A stretch of 64,000 bases of DNA from the NCBI GenBank assembly GCA_964252035.1, contig OZ176204.1. One strand, 5' to 3'. The position numbers and the translations under genes are program-made. The notes under the pieces were generated by a model. The model did no database searches and was not told where the DNA came from. It saw nothing but the letters and a program-made list of their open reading frames with translations. Position 1 is the first letter of the stretch; every line of letters begins with the position of its first letter. This document shows, in pieces, positions 32,983 through 46,600 of this stretch. This DNA is from Podarcis erhardii. Its lineage: Eukaryota.

Positions 32983-33212
32983 CAGTAGTACCTCGGGTTA
33001 AGTACTTACTGTAATTCGTTCCAGAGGTCCGTTCTTAACCTGAAGCACCACTTTAGCTAATGGGGCCGCCTGCTGTCGCCGCACCGCCAGAGCCCGATTT
33101 CTGTTCTTATCTTGAAGCAAAGTTCTTAACCTGAAACACTATTTCTAGGTTAGCGGAGTGTGTAATCTGAAGCGTATGTAACCTGAAGCGTATGTAACCC
33201 GAGGTACCACTG
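32983..33212 (+). mobile_element. Tigger/pogo-like MITE, 230 bp
   Basis: TA|CAGTAGTACCTCGGGTTA ... TAACCCGAGGTACCACTG|TA. Confidence 0.92.
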
Positions 33213-34498
33213 TAGTGTATCAAGGAGCAAATGCATTCAGATACCATTACATTTTATCACCCTGAACATCTCACATGAGAAAGATTTAGGACTAGCTGTG
33301 TAGATCTTCTTCAGTTCTTTTGGAGCACTTCATTAAGGAGCTACTTAATTCAGCCTGTTTGTGGATGCATGGAAACCTCGTTATACAAGAGCAGGATGGA
33401 GGCAAAATTGCTACGGTCAAAGTGCAAAACTTGGGATGTTTGATTTGCTTTTGTTAGAGAAGCCCTTACCACATTGCTTTATAAAATTTGCTGTGTGTTG
33501 GCCTGCTTTACTAGTGGTAGGTGTGTTGCTGTGACAAAAAAGATAACTGTACAAGCACAGCAAGTTTGGCTGTATTGTGGCCATGATGTTTACTAGAAAA
33601 ACCATTGGGTGTTTGCTGTTATACTTACTATTAGCCCTGGGGCCTAGTTCAGGTCTGACATGGAGGGATGGGCATGAACTAGCTGGATGTCAGGCACCAG
33701 ATTAGGCAGACAGGAACCAAGGATAAGAGGCATGTGATGTAGTCACGAACAGGCTGGAGGTCAAATACCAGATTGGATAAAGCAAAGTTGGGCCTCATAT
33801 GAGATGAAGTGTGAGAGAGAGTCTGTGTTATGTACTAGGATGAGTTGCTGACCCTAGCAGACCAGTTTAGAAAGAAGGGATTTATAGGGCCTGGTGACTT
33901 TCCACTGTCGACCAACACCTGGACCGCTGCTTCAGCCTAGAAGGAGCCCTTGCCCTATGAATAGCCGGATCCATCTGTCTGGCTGAAGGACTAGAGTGCT
34001 GGTGGCTGCTGGAGGCCATTTTTTAAGACCTTTGCCATTTGCCTTGTTTAAGCTTATGTTTAACTTCTTGTATATAAAATGAACCTGCCCACATAGGAAA
34101 TATGAATAAGTAACAGCCTATTTCTAACCTCGGACTAGCTTCTCCAGAAATAAGACAAGGGCTATTGATTCCGACTATTTTTTTGCTATGACAGCTTTTT
34201 ACTTGAATGATGGAGCCAATGCTACGACTACTCCAACTTAAGCATTTACAAACATTTTTGTTAAAATTCGGGTAATACCGGGGAGATCAAAATCTGATTT
34301 GAGGGCAACTGAAGTGCTTGACTTTTCTTCTCACCGTCCCCAGCCCCCAAAGTGAAGCAAATAGCAGAATATATGCTGTAATAAAATTTCGTTATTGGAG
34401 CACGGAGCAGGGAGGAGTAAGTAGGACAGGCATTATTCTGTTTAAATGAAGTCACTGTTGGCAAAACAGAAAGTTATTTGACTGGGAAATATTCAGTG

Positions 34499-34499
<1 letters not shown>

Positions 34500-34534
<35 letters not shown>
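34500..34534. repeat. (CA)17 microsatellite
   Basis: Read directly. Confidence 0.95.
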
Positions 34535-34537
<3 letters not shown>

Positions 34538-36729
34538 GGCAGTCCTAGTTGCCTAGTTTTTTTTTAGTTTTTTTTTTTGTAAGTTAAATTTGTCAATACA
34601 GCTGAAAAAGTTTGATTGGTTTTGCATATTGTGTGTGTGAGAGAGAAACAGGGCCTGCTCTGCTATTTAGATGGTTGAGATGGGCAACCACAGAAAGCAG
34701 GTTTTGAGGGTGTTGTTAAAGGGCACATTGTCAATTACTTCATTCATTTTAATATTTATTTACTGCAATGGAGGAACCATCTTCTACATCAAATACCAAA
34801 ATATATTTTGAGGGGGAAAAGTTGCTTATTTCTAAACACACTTTTACAGTAGCCATCTCAAATATCATGTTGTTTGCATACATTTAAAAGCCATGTCTCC
34901 ATAATACCACATAGATAGATAAACTTAAGATCCAGTTCACTCACAGAGCTGTGTAATTCATAGCCCACCGGAGATTGTTTGAGCTAAACCCATTTTAGAT
35001 ATTCATGTAATTAAGAACAAGTCCAAGTCTCATGTTGCCAATTCACATATTAATTCCACATACATATCCATGTATGTAGGCAGTTGTTTATTTACATATA
35101 TAACTCTTGAACGCAGCCTAATGTTTCAAACCATGCCTGCATTAACACTTCCTTTTCTTGATTAGTTATTTTCTTTCTGGTATGACAGAGATTGAGCTCT
35201 GAAGAAGTAAGAGAAAAAAGGCCGACCAGCTCATATATTTGCAGTTGAAACTAAAAATATTGTGCTATTTTATTCTTGTCTAAAAATTCTTTTTTAAGGC
35301 TGAAACATCTAATATAAATTAATATATCAATATTAATTATATTGATAAAACAATATACTTCAAAAGTTATTCTTCCTCTTTCACGATGTTCATACCTTTT
35401 ATCCCATTTTCTCCACCAGGTAGGAGGCGGACCATGGCAGAAGCCATCTCTGGTGACTAAGGAAACAAAGAACATCGCTGAAGGATTTTGGATACCTGTG
35501 CATTTCAAAGGTATATGAAATACATAGCCATACATATTTCTAGAGTTGTTTTCACCATCTCTTACTAGAAGGGAGGGTGTCAGGCAGTATGTACATGATG
35601 GCAAATGGCTGGGCTCTTTGTAATGACCTGTAAGGAACGGTATAGGAATAAAGTGTTTTCAGAACCTTCCCTTTGGAAGCCTCAATGAACATTAACCAAT
35701 ACAAGTTACAGCTTTTCTATTAATGAATTTGGGTTTCATGGATTAATTCGGCTCTTTCCTTGCACATTGAAACAATGTTCTATTGATCTAGTGTTGTCCT
35801 TTGGGCAAAACGTTCAACATGGCCTTGAGAACCGACTTCAAGTTGGAGCGCGGTCACTGCCTTGCTGGGTGTCCTCTCTGAAGCGCCTCGTGACGCATGC
35901 TCTTATCTGTAAAATGCTAACAAAGACATAGCTTTCATTCTCACAACTCATTCTGCAAGTTATCATGATTATTAGATTAGCTAATACAGTTTCTGCAAAA
36001 GCTCATTTTCTGCAAAAGCATATTGCGTACAAAGTATCACCAGTGTTTCCTCCCCCCCAGAAATCTAGCATGCATGAACTATATCACCAAGAAGTATAAA
36101 ACCCTTAATCAAATGATCAAAGGTCTTTGTAAACTTTGCCCATAGAGCTTCCACCTTGAAAAGGAAGATTTGAGCTGGTATTTGGGATGCTTGGGTAGCT
36201 GCCAGGGACGCAGCACTGTGGCAAGGCTCACCCCTCTTGCTTTTTGCACTGGACTGACACAGCAGCTGGCATCACTCTGGGGCACTGTGGAAAATTAAAA
36301 GACCCAGTTGCCCAGTGCTCTTGGAAGTGCTGCCACCAACAGTCGGGTACCAGACAGTCACAGTGCACAAAGTGGGGTGCTGCCACTGCGCAGGTTACCT
36401 GGTTGCAGTGGTCCTGCTGCTCACCAGGACCTGGACGGGATGAGACAAGGCAGTTCCAAGGGCAGAAGAGACTGAGCAGCTGCACCGCCACAAGTTGCCA
36501 GTCTAGTGCTTCCTTCGCCCTTGCCACTGCCTTGCCCCACCCCAGTGTTCACAAGCAGCAGCATGGCCATAGCTAAAAAGGCAGTGCGGTGGCAGCACCA
36601 CAACTACTACTTGGTCCCCCCTCAAACCTGGAATTAGCCCTAAGAGATAGATTTTTCCACAAGTAGGGTTCTCAGATGCTCCCTAGCCTACCTTATTTTA
36701 TTTTACCCTCAAACTTGACACCAAAGGTA

Positions 36730-37181
36730 CTGTATATACTCGAGTATAAGCCGACCCAAATATAAGCTGAGGCACCTAATTTTAGCACAAAAAACTGGGA
36801 AAACTTATTGACTCAAGTATAAGCCGGTTCACCACACCACAAACCTGGTAGTGGTGGTGGCGGCAGCGGCGGAGGAAGAACAACCAGCCCGAAAGGGCTA
36901 CTTTTGGGCTGCTCGTCCCTCTGCCGCCGCCTCACAAGAGCAGGCATAGGAGCCACAGTTGGGAGAGGCACAGCGCAGCACCGCGCTTCTCCAAACTGCG
37001 GCTCCTGTGCCTGCCCTTGCGAGAGATGGGCAGCTGCTGGACCAGTGGCGAAAAAGGGCTCCTTTCTGGCTGTTCGTTCCTCCACTGCCACCGCCCGCCT
37101 CACTTGAGTATATGCCGAGGGGGGGCTTTTTCACCATAAAAAATGTGCTGAAAAAGTCAGCTTATACTCGAGTATATACGG
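36730..37181. mobile_element. Tc1/mariner-type MITE (CCGTATATACTCGAGTATAAGC TIR), 452 bp
   Basis: TA|CTGTATATACTCGAGTATAAGC ... GCTTATACTCGAGTATATACGG|TA; GC-rich self-complementary interior. Confidence 0.92.
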
Positions 37182-37587
37182 TAAGTGCTTTAATTCAAAA
37201 TCATCAAAAGGTGCTGAGCTCTTATTCCTTTGATTACTCTCTTAAATATAAAGCTTGTCACCTTAAATGCTTATCAGTTAAGTGTGCCTGTGGTCCTGTA
37301 TTTCTGTATAAAGGTGTGTCCATGCACATCAAAAAGTGAGAAAGGAGCAGATTGTTGACACCAGTAATACTGATATCAAAACCTGTTCCCAAATTGACAG
37401 TGTGGTTGCCAGAATGCTTACTGGGAGAGTGAGATGGAATCGCAAAACACTGGATTCAGAAGGAGTTAGATTGGTTGTCTGTTTACTTCTGGGCCAAATT
37501 CAAGATGCTGGTTCTTATCTATTAAGCCCTAAAGGGCTTGGGACCCCAGTACATTACAGATGATCATGTTTTAAAGCTCTTATCTGT

Positions 37588-37945
37588 GTCCCTTTGTCAG
37601 GGAGGTTCAGTGGTACATGGCAATGTGGAAGAAAGGCTTCTCTCTAGGGATGCATCATTTGATGAGCACCTCCCCTCAGAAGCACACCTGGCTCCAATAT
37701 TGTTATCTTTTCGGTGCCATCTTAAGGCATATTTGTTTGCCCAGGCATTTTAATTGGTTTAGTTTAGCCTGCTGTCTTGTTTCAATCTGCTCATCTTATT
37801 TATTGAGGTATTTTATGGTTTTATTATGGTATATTACATTTGATATTGGGTTTGTTTACATACATGTTGTACCATGTCCTGGTAATTACATAGATGAAAG
37901 CTGGGCCAGAAGTACTTTTACAAAAAATGAATGAATGAATAAAAA
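37588..37945 (+). mobile_element. L2 LINE 3' end
   Basis: ggctccaatattgttatcttttcggtgccatcttaaggcatatttgtttgcccaggcattt, followed by an (ATGA)n tail. Confidence 0.7.
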
Positions 37946-38059
37946 TGTTAGAACTCGGATATTTGAAGAAAATACATAGCTGAGCCCTTCTGAAAATGCT
38001 GTCTCCAAATGAGTCAGATCATTGGTTCATGTAGTACATTATTGCCTACCGTAACTGGT

Positions 38060-38175
38060 GACAAGACTCCAAGGCATTGCAACCAGAGATCTTTTTAGCT
38101 GGCGGTTCTGTGGACTGAACCTGGGACATTTCTACATGCAAATGTTGTGCTAACTTATGGAACCTCCTCTAAGCA
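38060..38175 (-). mobile_element. Degenerate squamate tRNA-derived SINE
   Basis: ggactgaacctgggacatttctacatgcaaatg is the reverse of a box-B/box-A head. Confidence 0.5.
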
Positions 38176-40228
38176 GGTCTAAGGTACAGGCCCATGCCTC
38201 TCCTTCAGCCAGGGAGTCTGTGGTATTTAAACACACAGCTTTACGGGCGCAAGCTGGTAACAATGCCAGACCTAAAGTGCTGAATCTCAAATACAGGAAC
38301 TTCAGTGCTTAGAGGCCAATGCTGTTTTTTCTGTAGTCGCATAGGTAGGACTCTGAACATATTGGCTAGAATCCAGTCATGGGGTCTAGCAATATGAACA
38401 TGAATTGCCCAAGCCAGCCAAAAAGTGACTTGGTTCAAACAGAAGTTGGCATCTAAGTGCACAGACCTATCTAAAGTTAGGCTACTATGGGGTACGTTTT
38501 GGTGGCATCTCCTGCTGGTCATCCTCTGCCCTTCCCATCAATAGCTTATGTAGCAGATGGGAAGCATGGAGATGTCTGAGATCTGTTTGAAGCATCCTTT
38601 TAGGGATTATGCACTCCTGAATGAAAATGTCTTCCCTAAAAGAACACCAATTCTAAGCTGTCTCTGTCAAAAAACCAACAACAATTAAGAGAACATTTTT
38701 TTAAGAAATTTCTTACCCACCCTTCACCATAAGGTCTCAGGATACTGTACAAAAATGTAATCATGCAGTTTTAAAACCAAATAAAACAGTTGCAGAGCAA
38801 AATCTGAACATTATGCATAAGACAACAGAGTGATGCTGTGATTGGAAGCATTACTGGGTGTAAATTTTTAGAAAGACTTAAGCTGGGATTCAGACTTTTG
38901 GGAGCAGAGGTGTTTGTCTTTTTTCATACTTCTTCTTTGGAAAGAAAAACTCTTAAAATGCATGCAGTCTTAATATTATTAAAGTCTTCCATAAACTCTG
39001 TGTCCAAATTCCTTAGGGGAAGGGAATTTTATAATTTGATGGGGTAGCTAAAGCAACTGTCATGCAGTATCAGAATAATCCTGCTAAGTTAACAGACCAA
39101 AGGCAGAAAACATAGCCATGGTTCTCTTGGGCTCACTGTTCCCCTTTGGGGCAGGTTATATACTCAGCATATTTTTGCATTCGCTTTTCTAGTCATTAAC
39201 TTTTGCCTTAAATAAAATAAAGTTAGAAGTTATCGTTGGATATGGTCCAATGAGATCCATGAATCTTGGATATATCTAGTACTATAAAGTTTTGGAGCTT
39301 CTCACTTGTTCTTTCCTTTTGGTGTTTGTACTCCGTGTCCAGCAGAAAACTCCCCCCCCCCCCGCAGAACCGTCCTGCGAATACTTGAGATTATGCAGAT
39401 TTTTATGACACCGACAAGATCATATGGAACTACTTGCTAAGTTTGACCGATCTTCTAGGTGACCTGGTCTAAATGCATTTGACTAGAGATAGTTGCCAGG
39501 AACATAAAAAACGTAATGCCAAATTGCTGAAAATTGCAACAGCTCATCTAAATTCCAAACTTACATGTCATTTTGTCATTCTCTTAGGAATGAGTCCACT
39601 TCTAAAAGTCTGGGGAAATTGCAATTAGCAGTTTGTTGCCTTTGAGAACTAGGCAGCCATGGTGCCTCGCAGTCTTTGGTGAACTTCTAAGAGTGTTTAA
39701 TTTTTCACTAGAAAAAGTTCTCATCCTGTGTGTTGTGCAGATGTACTACTAATAAGCAACACTAGAATGCTGAAGTTCTTGCATGGATCTAAAGGCCACA
39801 TTTGCACATAATACTAAACTAAGGTGTGGTTTGAGCTAACCTTAATGTCCATGAGTTGTGTGCTGCTGCACACAGCTCAAGGACTCCTGCTTTGTTCCCC
39901 CCTTAGCTGAACAGGGTAACAAAGCATGGAGTGGCTGGTTTAGTGTTATCTTTGTACAATGCTATAATTAGAAAGGGAAGAAATAGTTGCAGTTTTTAAT
40001 CTTGCATTTCATACAAAAATTACAAGTAGTCAAATTGAGTAAGGAGACACACGCTAAAAATTATTTTTAAGTCTCCCTGTTTTTAGTAGGAAGGTGAAGC
40101 TGCTGAGCATATGCTTAATGTTTTTCAATAAAATCATAGGTATTTATTTATTTTTGTATTTAAATAGTATACATTTTTTAAAACAACATGCAGTCTTAAA
40201 AAAAAAAAAACCCTACCAAAAAAACCCA

Positions 40229-40346
40229 GGGTGTATTCAACTAAGTTTTACTCAGAGTAAATCTGTTGAAATTAATGGACCTAACTTGTTCATGTTCATT
40301 AATTTCAGCGTGTCTACTCTGAGTAAAACTTAGTTGACTGTCACCC
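40229..40346. mobile_element. Short palindromic MITE
   Basis: GGGTG...CACCC termini; 23-bp perfect arms TCAACTAAGTTTTACTCAGAGTA / TACTCTGAGTAAAACTTAGTTGA. Confidence 0.75.
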
Positions 40347-40917
40347 TCTGAATGCAGTGAAGCACATATTTAAAATAAAGGAGATGGGGGTAAGGGAACA
40401 TCAAAGCGTTTTCTTACTGTTTCTTGTGCCCAGTACCCCAGAAAAAGACCCTCATTTTACATCTTTTGGTATGTGACTGTTCAACAGCTAATTAGACATT
40501 CGGATATATCCAAAATGCTCCCAGTGCAAGCAGGGTGGTGCGTGCTGCTTTGCATAGTTGCCACATCCCTGTTCATTTCTTGGGGCCTCTCCTTCCCTCC
40601 CTCCCCATAAATAAGGGGTCTCAGTTCCCAGCCTTGAAATACGAAGGTGAGGAGCTGCAGCTGTCTGCTGTATCTGTGTAAAGGTTTTAATTTGGGGGAA
40701 GGAGCACTGTCTGGTTCTATGTGTGTGAAAGTTGTGTGTGCCCACATTTGTATATGGTGGTGACGTGTATGTTTTGTTTCCATATTTATATATGCAGTGG
40801 ACATGCTTGTTTTAATCCAGTAACCCTGAATCACGCCCACCCTTTTTGTATGGGTAACATCCTGCCGTACCAATTATCATAGTTTAACCATTATAGGAAT
40901 ATTAAAAAGACCATTGT

Positions 40918-41100
40918 ACATAAGATCATGGAGCATAAGGACAGCACTGCTGGACCAGAACAATGTCCCATGTAGTCCAGCAGACATGGCGCTGCGGGTT
41001 GCGAGCATGCTTCCCACACAGATAACATTCGCAACCCAAGCATCCACTGTACAGTGTGCGAGAAAGTATTTTATTTTGTCTGCCCTGAATCTTCCAATGG
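40918..41100 (-). mobile_element. CR1-type 3' fragment (degenerate)
   Basis: cataagatcatggagcataaggacagcactgctggaccagaacaatgtcccatgtagtccagca resembles a reverse CR1 end. Confidence 0.55.
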
Positions 41101-42044
41101 ATAAGTGAAGATCATCATCCGAGCTTTTATCACTGTTGCCATACCTTGACATGAGCCTGAAAACCCCTACATTTTAACCACTCACATACTGAGTTTGGCA
41201 GGGTGCTTAAAAGGGATTAGGTGCAATTTGAAGTGATCTTGAAAGTAATCTACCCTTTAAGTGACCTCTTATCTCTTTAAGCGCCTACTGTGTTCACAGT
41301 CATAGCTGCTAAAAGGGGATTTGTTGAGGATCACTTAAGCATGATCAAGGTGATTGTGGTCTTGACAGTTTCAACCTGAGCTAGGCGAAATCTTGATGTG
41401 GGCAGGTGAGGTGGGTGGGTCTTTGAAACTATTGTTCATGCATGGACTAATGGCACCAATGCTGCCATGGTAAAAAGTAGGAATTGGTTTTTAGTTAATT
41501 TTATTTCAAGTAAACTCGTTTAGAGTCAGGTGATAAACCTGCTAAAACAGTGAAGCCCTGACATACCATAGTTTAACAAACAGGAACACTAAAATTCTCC
41601 TTAACAAACTGGAGCACTAATTTAAGGAGCATTAGGTCTTTCTCTGAAGCTTTATCCTTTATGACATTTGAAAAGGAAATGCTCTGTCATCTATTGTACA
41701 ATACAATGAAACCGCTCTCATCGGCCAATGAGGAAATACTGGAAGTACTGTCAAGCCCATAGGCTCATCAAATGGATTTGTTTTGCTCGTTATCTAAATG
41801 CTCACTTGTCAATTACCAGCATGTATTTGCTTTGGCCTGATTGTGCTTTCTTGTACACATGCATCCTATTACTTATGCAGTGTGTACAGGTGCCTGTGTT
41901 TGCATTTCCCCCTTCAAACATATTGGTGGTTTTTCTCTTTCCAAAGAGAAGCCAAAAGGAAACTTGGTTAGGTTTAGATGGTCCGTTTTACCTGCCAGCT
42001 CAATCAGTACAACCTCATTGTTAAACTATGGAATTCGCTATATT

Positions 42045-42240
42045 ACAGGATGCCGCGATGGCCACCAACACCGATGACTTTAAAAGGGGATTAGAATTAG
42101 TCAAGCACCATAACTACTCCTCACGATGGCTGCTCTATTTGTAGTCCATCTTTCAGGGTATCTGTCAAGATCAGAGGTAGCTTGCTTCTGACTCAGGTTC
42201 AGAGGTAGCTTGCTTCTGAATACCAGTCGCTGGTGTTCAG
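42045..42240 (+). mobile_element. CR1-type 3' fragment with a 21-bp internal duplication
   Basis: gatggccaccaac...tttaaaaggggattaga; TCAGAGGTAGCTTGCTTCTGA occurs at 42171-42191 and 42199-42219. Confidence 0.65.
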
Positions 42241-42370
42241 TGATGGAGAGCTGTTGTCACATCCAATTGGCTACTGTGGGGAAACAGGGTGCTAGACTGG
42301 CCTGGCCTTTGATGCAGCAGAGATGCTCTTATATCCTTAAGAACATGTATGTATGGAAACTTCTGACTCT

Positions 42371-42413
42371 CTTCTTCTTCTTCCTCCTCCTCCTCCTCCT
42401 CCTCCTCTTCTTC
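42371..42413. repeat. Compound (CTT)/(CCT) trinucleotide repeat
   Basis: Read directly. Confidence 0.9.
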
Positions 42414-43290
42414 TTTTTGTTTTTGCAGTTCTGCACCTAATGCAATACAGTATATTAAAATTCCTGACATTTATACATTCTGCCTTTCTCATCCAATAAA
42501 ATCTGACAAGACCAAAAGTATAAGCTACAGCCAAGTTACAAATGGGAGTGCATTGAGCAGTGCAGTCCTCTGCCCATGTGGCGCAGTGGCGCTTTGAGTT
42601 TTGCATGCTCTTCCCCTTTGATGCTAATACTACACCCTGAGATTCCATGCCAGTAAAGAATACTGCTAATTCATCATAGGGATTTTGAGATTTAAGAAGG
42701 CTAAGATTGCACTCATATGAGTCTACGCACAGCTCTTGTATTGCTAGTTGGGCAGCATACTGACTACTCTGTGTGGCGTGCCATCCTATTAATGTAGATT
42801 ACTGTTCCTGTCTACAAACAATTGTTCCATATTCCAACTTGGATGTAGGGCAGGCAAATTGATCCACAGCTTTGTGAGAGCAAAAATATCCCTGGGACTG
42901 GTGGGTGGTAAAGAAATAGAAGAGTTTTTACATTCATGCTATGATAAGTTGTATTCTGGATGCTCATTTGCCCAACATGGTTTGAGGTTTTCCCCTTTCC
43001 CTCCTATCATGTAAGCCCAGACATTTTCTTCAGCTGTCAGTGTCTCCCTGCTGGTTCACACACTGATAGGGGTTTGCATAGGATGTGAAATCAGCCCATA
43101 AGGACATCCCAGCTGGTGGGGAGATAGATGCTTGTCTTCTTAACATGACAGGCTTCCAGCACTGCTTGGTCATCCTCTGTAACTACCAGTTTGAAACATA
43201 TAACTGGAAGCATTTTAAAGCAATGGCTGAGTGTGTACACACTTGCATGCAGTAGGTTTCAGGAAGTAGTGTTGGGTTTATTCAGATATA

Positions 43291-43632
43291 CCGTGTATAA
43301 CACGACCCCATGTATAAGACGACCCCTGTTTTTGGGAGCCCTCAACAGGTGTTGAGCTTCTTTTGTAAGTTTGCTGAGCTGTTGAGCAGCTTTTCAACGA
43401 TCCCCCGCTCTGGCTGACGGTACTGGTGCCGTAATACACCGCATACTGGCGCTCACCAAATATTCTTCCTAAGCCAGGAAGAGTGGGTAAGCAGCCTCCT
43501 CTCCGACATGTCTCTGCTACCGCTGCAGCACCAGCCCTTGCTTACTTAGCATATTAACCCATGTATAAGATGACCCTCAATTTATCACAAAAGATTCAGA
43601 GAAAAGGTCATCTTATACATGCAAAAATACAG
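43291..43632. mobile_element. Tc1/mariner-type MITE with damaged left TIR
   Basis: Right end CTTATACATGCAAAAATACAG|TA; left TA|CCGTGTATAACACGAC; tgtataagacgaccc subterminal repeats. Confidence 0.75.
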
Positions 43633-46600
43633 TACTTGCCTCATTTGGAGCATGGTATATGTTTGGATATGCGTGTACATCCTTCTCACACAATTTGTGC
43701 ACTCCTGTACTTAAAAAATAAAAAGAAAAAAGGACAGATTGCATGCCAAGATATACATGTCAGGTCTTACATCTGCACATGGGTATGGTGTGTGAACTTG
43801 TTGTACAGCATTAGAAATCCAGCTATATGTGAAATGGTATCAGAGAAAAAATGGAACCTTTCACATCCCTGCTGCTTTCTTGAGACACCTGCGCATCCAC
43901 AGAGCTAGTATGCTAAAGAAGCTGGCCATCTAATGCTTATGTTAGCCAGAACTATCCTTAAAAGCTTTGCTAGGCTGCTTGCAAAAGAGAACATTCCTTT
44001 AGCAATTCTCTACCCATTCATATGACATATAACTGGTTTAACTGCCTTTTGGGTGAAGACTCCACAAGATTCAAGATTTTGAGGATTAAAATTAGCATCC
44101 CTACAATTAGGGGGATGTGTTGTATTAAAAAATATATGATTTTTTATAGGTTTATGTTGGAGATTTGACAAGGGTGGGGGAACCTTTTTTCTGGGGGTTT
44201 ACATATCAGTGGTGAACGAGATAAGAGGTAAAAGTGGGAAGAGCAATAGGTGTGACTCTTAACTTTTGCACACCTGTAATGAAGCCCACTGTGTAAAGTC
44301 ATAGAGGTTTCTACCTCATCAAGCACACATCCCTCCATCAGGGCAAGCAAAATGTATCATTACAGTTCAAGGATGCATATTCCAGACACCTCCCCTTGCA
44401 ATTTATTTGTTCTGAATTTACACAAAGGCTTTCCGACATCATAGAAGAACCGAGGCTGAGAGGACAAAATGGCCAGAGCTGCCCATGTAGTTCCAAGGTA
44501 GATAAATGATGTCTTCACTACCCTGCGCACTGACTGTAAACCCTGTTGCCTGATGTGTACATGACAGAAGACCAGACGATAAGAAAATTAGAGAAGGTGA
44601 ACAGAGGGAAGCAGCCAACAGGGGAACAACAAGACAGTAGCTGAGAGAAAAGGCTTCTGGAGGCAAAAGTCGCTCGCAGTAAGATAAGCAGATGTCAGGG
44701 AGACGGGAAATAAGAGAAGTTAAATAGTCATAGAAGCTGTGAGAGAGGCAGTGAGGCAGAGAAGGGAGGATGATGAACAATAATAGTTACAAGCCTTTTG
44801 ATAATGCTTCATAAAATGAGTAGGAGAGGTAATATCCCATAGCATAAAGCCATTTAGAAACTCTCCAGGGTAGCGAAGCCCCACAAGGCAACTGGTTTTA
44901 AAAATACAGCTGTATGTATCATAGGCCACAGGGGGATATTTATATGAAGGCCTCTTGTTAAAGCCTTGGCAGCACTTTGCTAGGTGGGGCAGCTCCATTT
45001 TGTATGATAAATATGGCTCTTTGTTTTGAGAAGCAGGAAGTCATTAGAAAGAGAAATGTACTGCCATATCACATCACATTCTGCATACGAAAGAATGGCG
45101 GGGAGGAATATTTTAACTCCTCCTTTTGGCTTCTTCCGAGATCAAAGATGGCCACAACAAAATGGGATTTGTCATTGCGATAAGAAGAGCAAATCAATTA
45201 TCAAATTAATTTCCAGGAAGTACGTTTTTATAAGGACTGTCCGCACTGTAATGTTTTTGAAGCAGCTTGTTTGTTTGAACCCTTTGTCTTTACTTTACAG
45301 ACTTTACATCATCAATGGGAACTTTTTCCTGTGCTGGGCATTTGGTCTCTCTTGAATTCTGCTTGTATCATGTTATTTGATATTTTGTTATTTTCATCAC
45401 TGTAAGCAAGAAGGACTATCTCAGTTCAAGGACACATTCTCGTGAGGCAAAGGCACTCAGGGAGGGTGTGTGGCATGGTGAGAGTCCTGAGGGCCAGGTA
45501 GATAGGCTACCAGGCCTGAGATGCCCCCCCCCCACTTCAAAGGTTACCATTTATCACTATCTCCAATATCCTTCCTTTGTCTGTTTAGATGTGCAAGTTA
45601 CAATTCCAGGAAAACGTGCAAAGATGCATACTTTAATTTTGATTACAGAATTCATGATCCTGAAAACGTTTGTGTTATTTTTATTTATTTAAAGAAAACG
45701 TTTCTAACCCTTATGACTATTAAAGAAAATTTTCACATTTCTTTGCTCCTTCTCACCATTAGCGGGAATAAATTAGGAGTCTGAGTTGATCTGGTGTATA
45801 ATTCCGAGTTTTGTTTTGTTTTTAGTGAAAGGTACACAGAGCTCTGTTAGCAATGGCTAAAAAGAAGCCTCACAAGAACTCTGCTGCAAGGTTTCCTTAA
45901 CTGAAAAGAGTGGATACAGATGGTTCCCTCTTTGCTCCAAGAAAAAGTATGTAGGGTGGGAAGGGAGCATTCCCTCCCTCCTCCATATTCATACCTCAGC
46001 TAGAAATGTCGGCACTGATTCCTTTGCAGCCAGCGCACGTAGGGGCCATCTTCAGGGAACAGACTGTAATGTATTTAAGAGGAAAGTAAGAAATTGTAAA
46101 TGCTGCAGGGCAACACACACTTGCTATTCAATCTGCCAGATTTGTGCCAATTAAGACAACTTGCAGCTGTTTGGCTCCTCCTTATTAGGAGACATTTGTA
46201 TCAGGTACCAGGTTAAGCATTTATTTTCTCTGACATGTTGAAAACGCTTTGGTGACACCTAGTCACTTTGTAAGCAAAGACTGAAACAGTGTTATTTACT
46301 GGATGCATGCAGTAAGGAGCAAGTTCGTTCTTTTTTAAAAAAAATAATAATACACTGCCTTTTCTCAGAGGTGTCTGTGTGCAGGTAGATTGTATTTAAA
46401 AGGTTTGCAGCAGAGGTCCTACAGACACACATTTGCATATAATGTGCAAATGTTAATTTATATGTACCAGGGCAAAGAAAGACTAATTTTCTCTTCCAGT
46501 CACCCTGGATAAACCCTTTTGCACCCAACTTGCACCCCAAATCAGTTTACACCCCGCTTTATTTACCTCAATTAATTTCCCAACAGTTCCTGCTCCGAAA

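Noticed and set aside
33640-34030. Possible solo LTR (also 44430-44780)
   Set aside because: No TG...CA termini with TSD, no PBS or PPT, and no second copy could be identified by eye.
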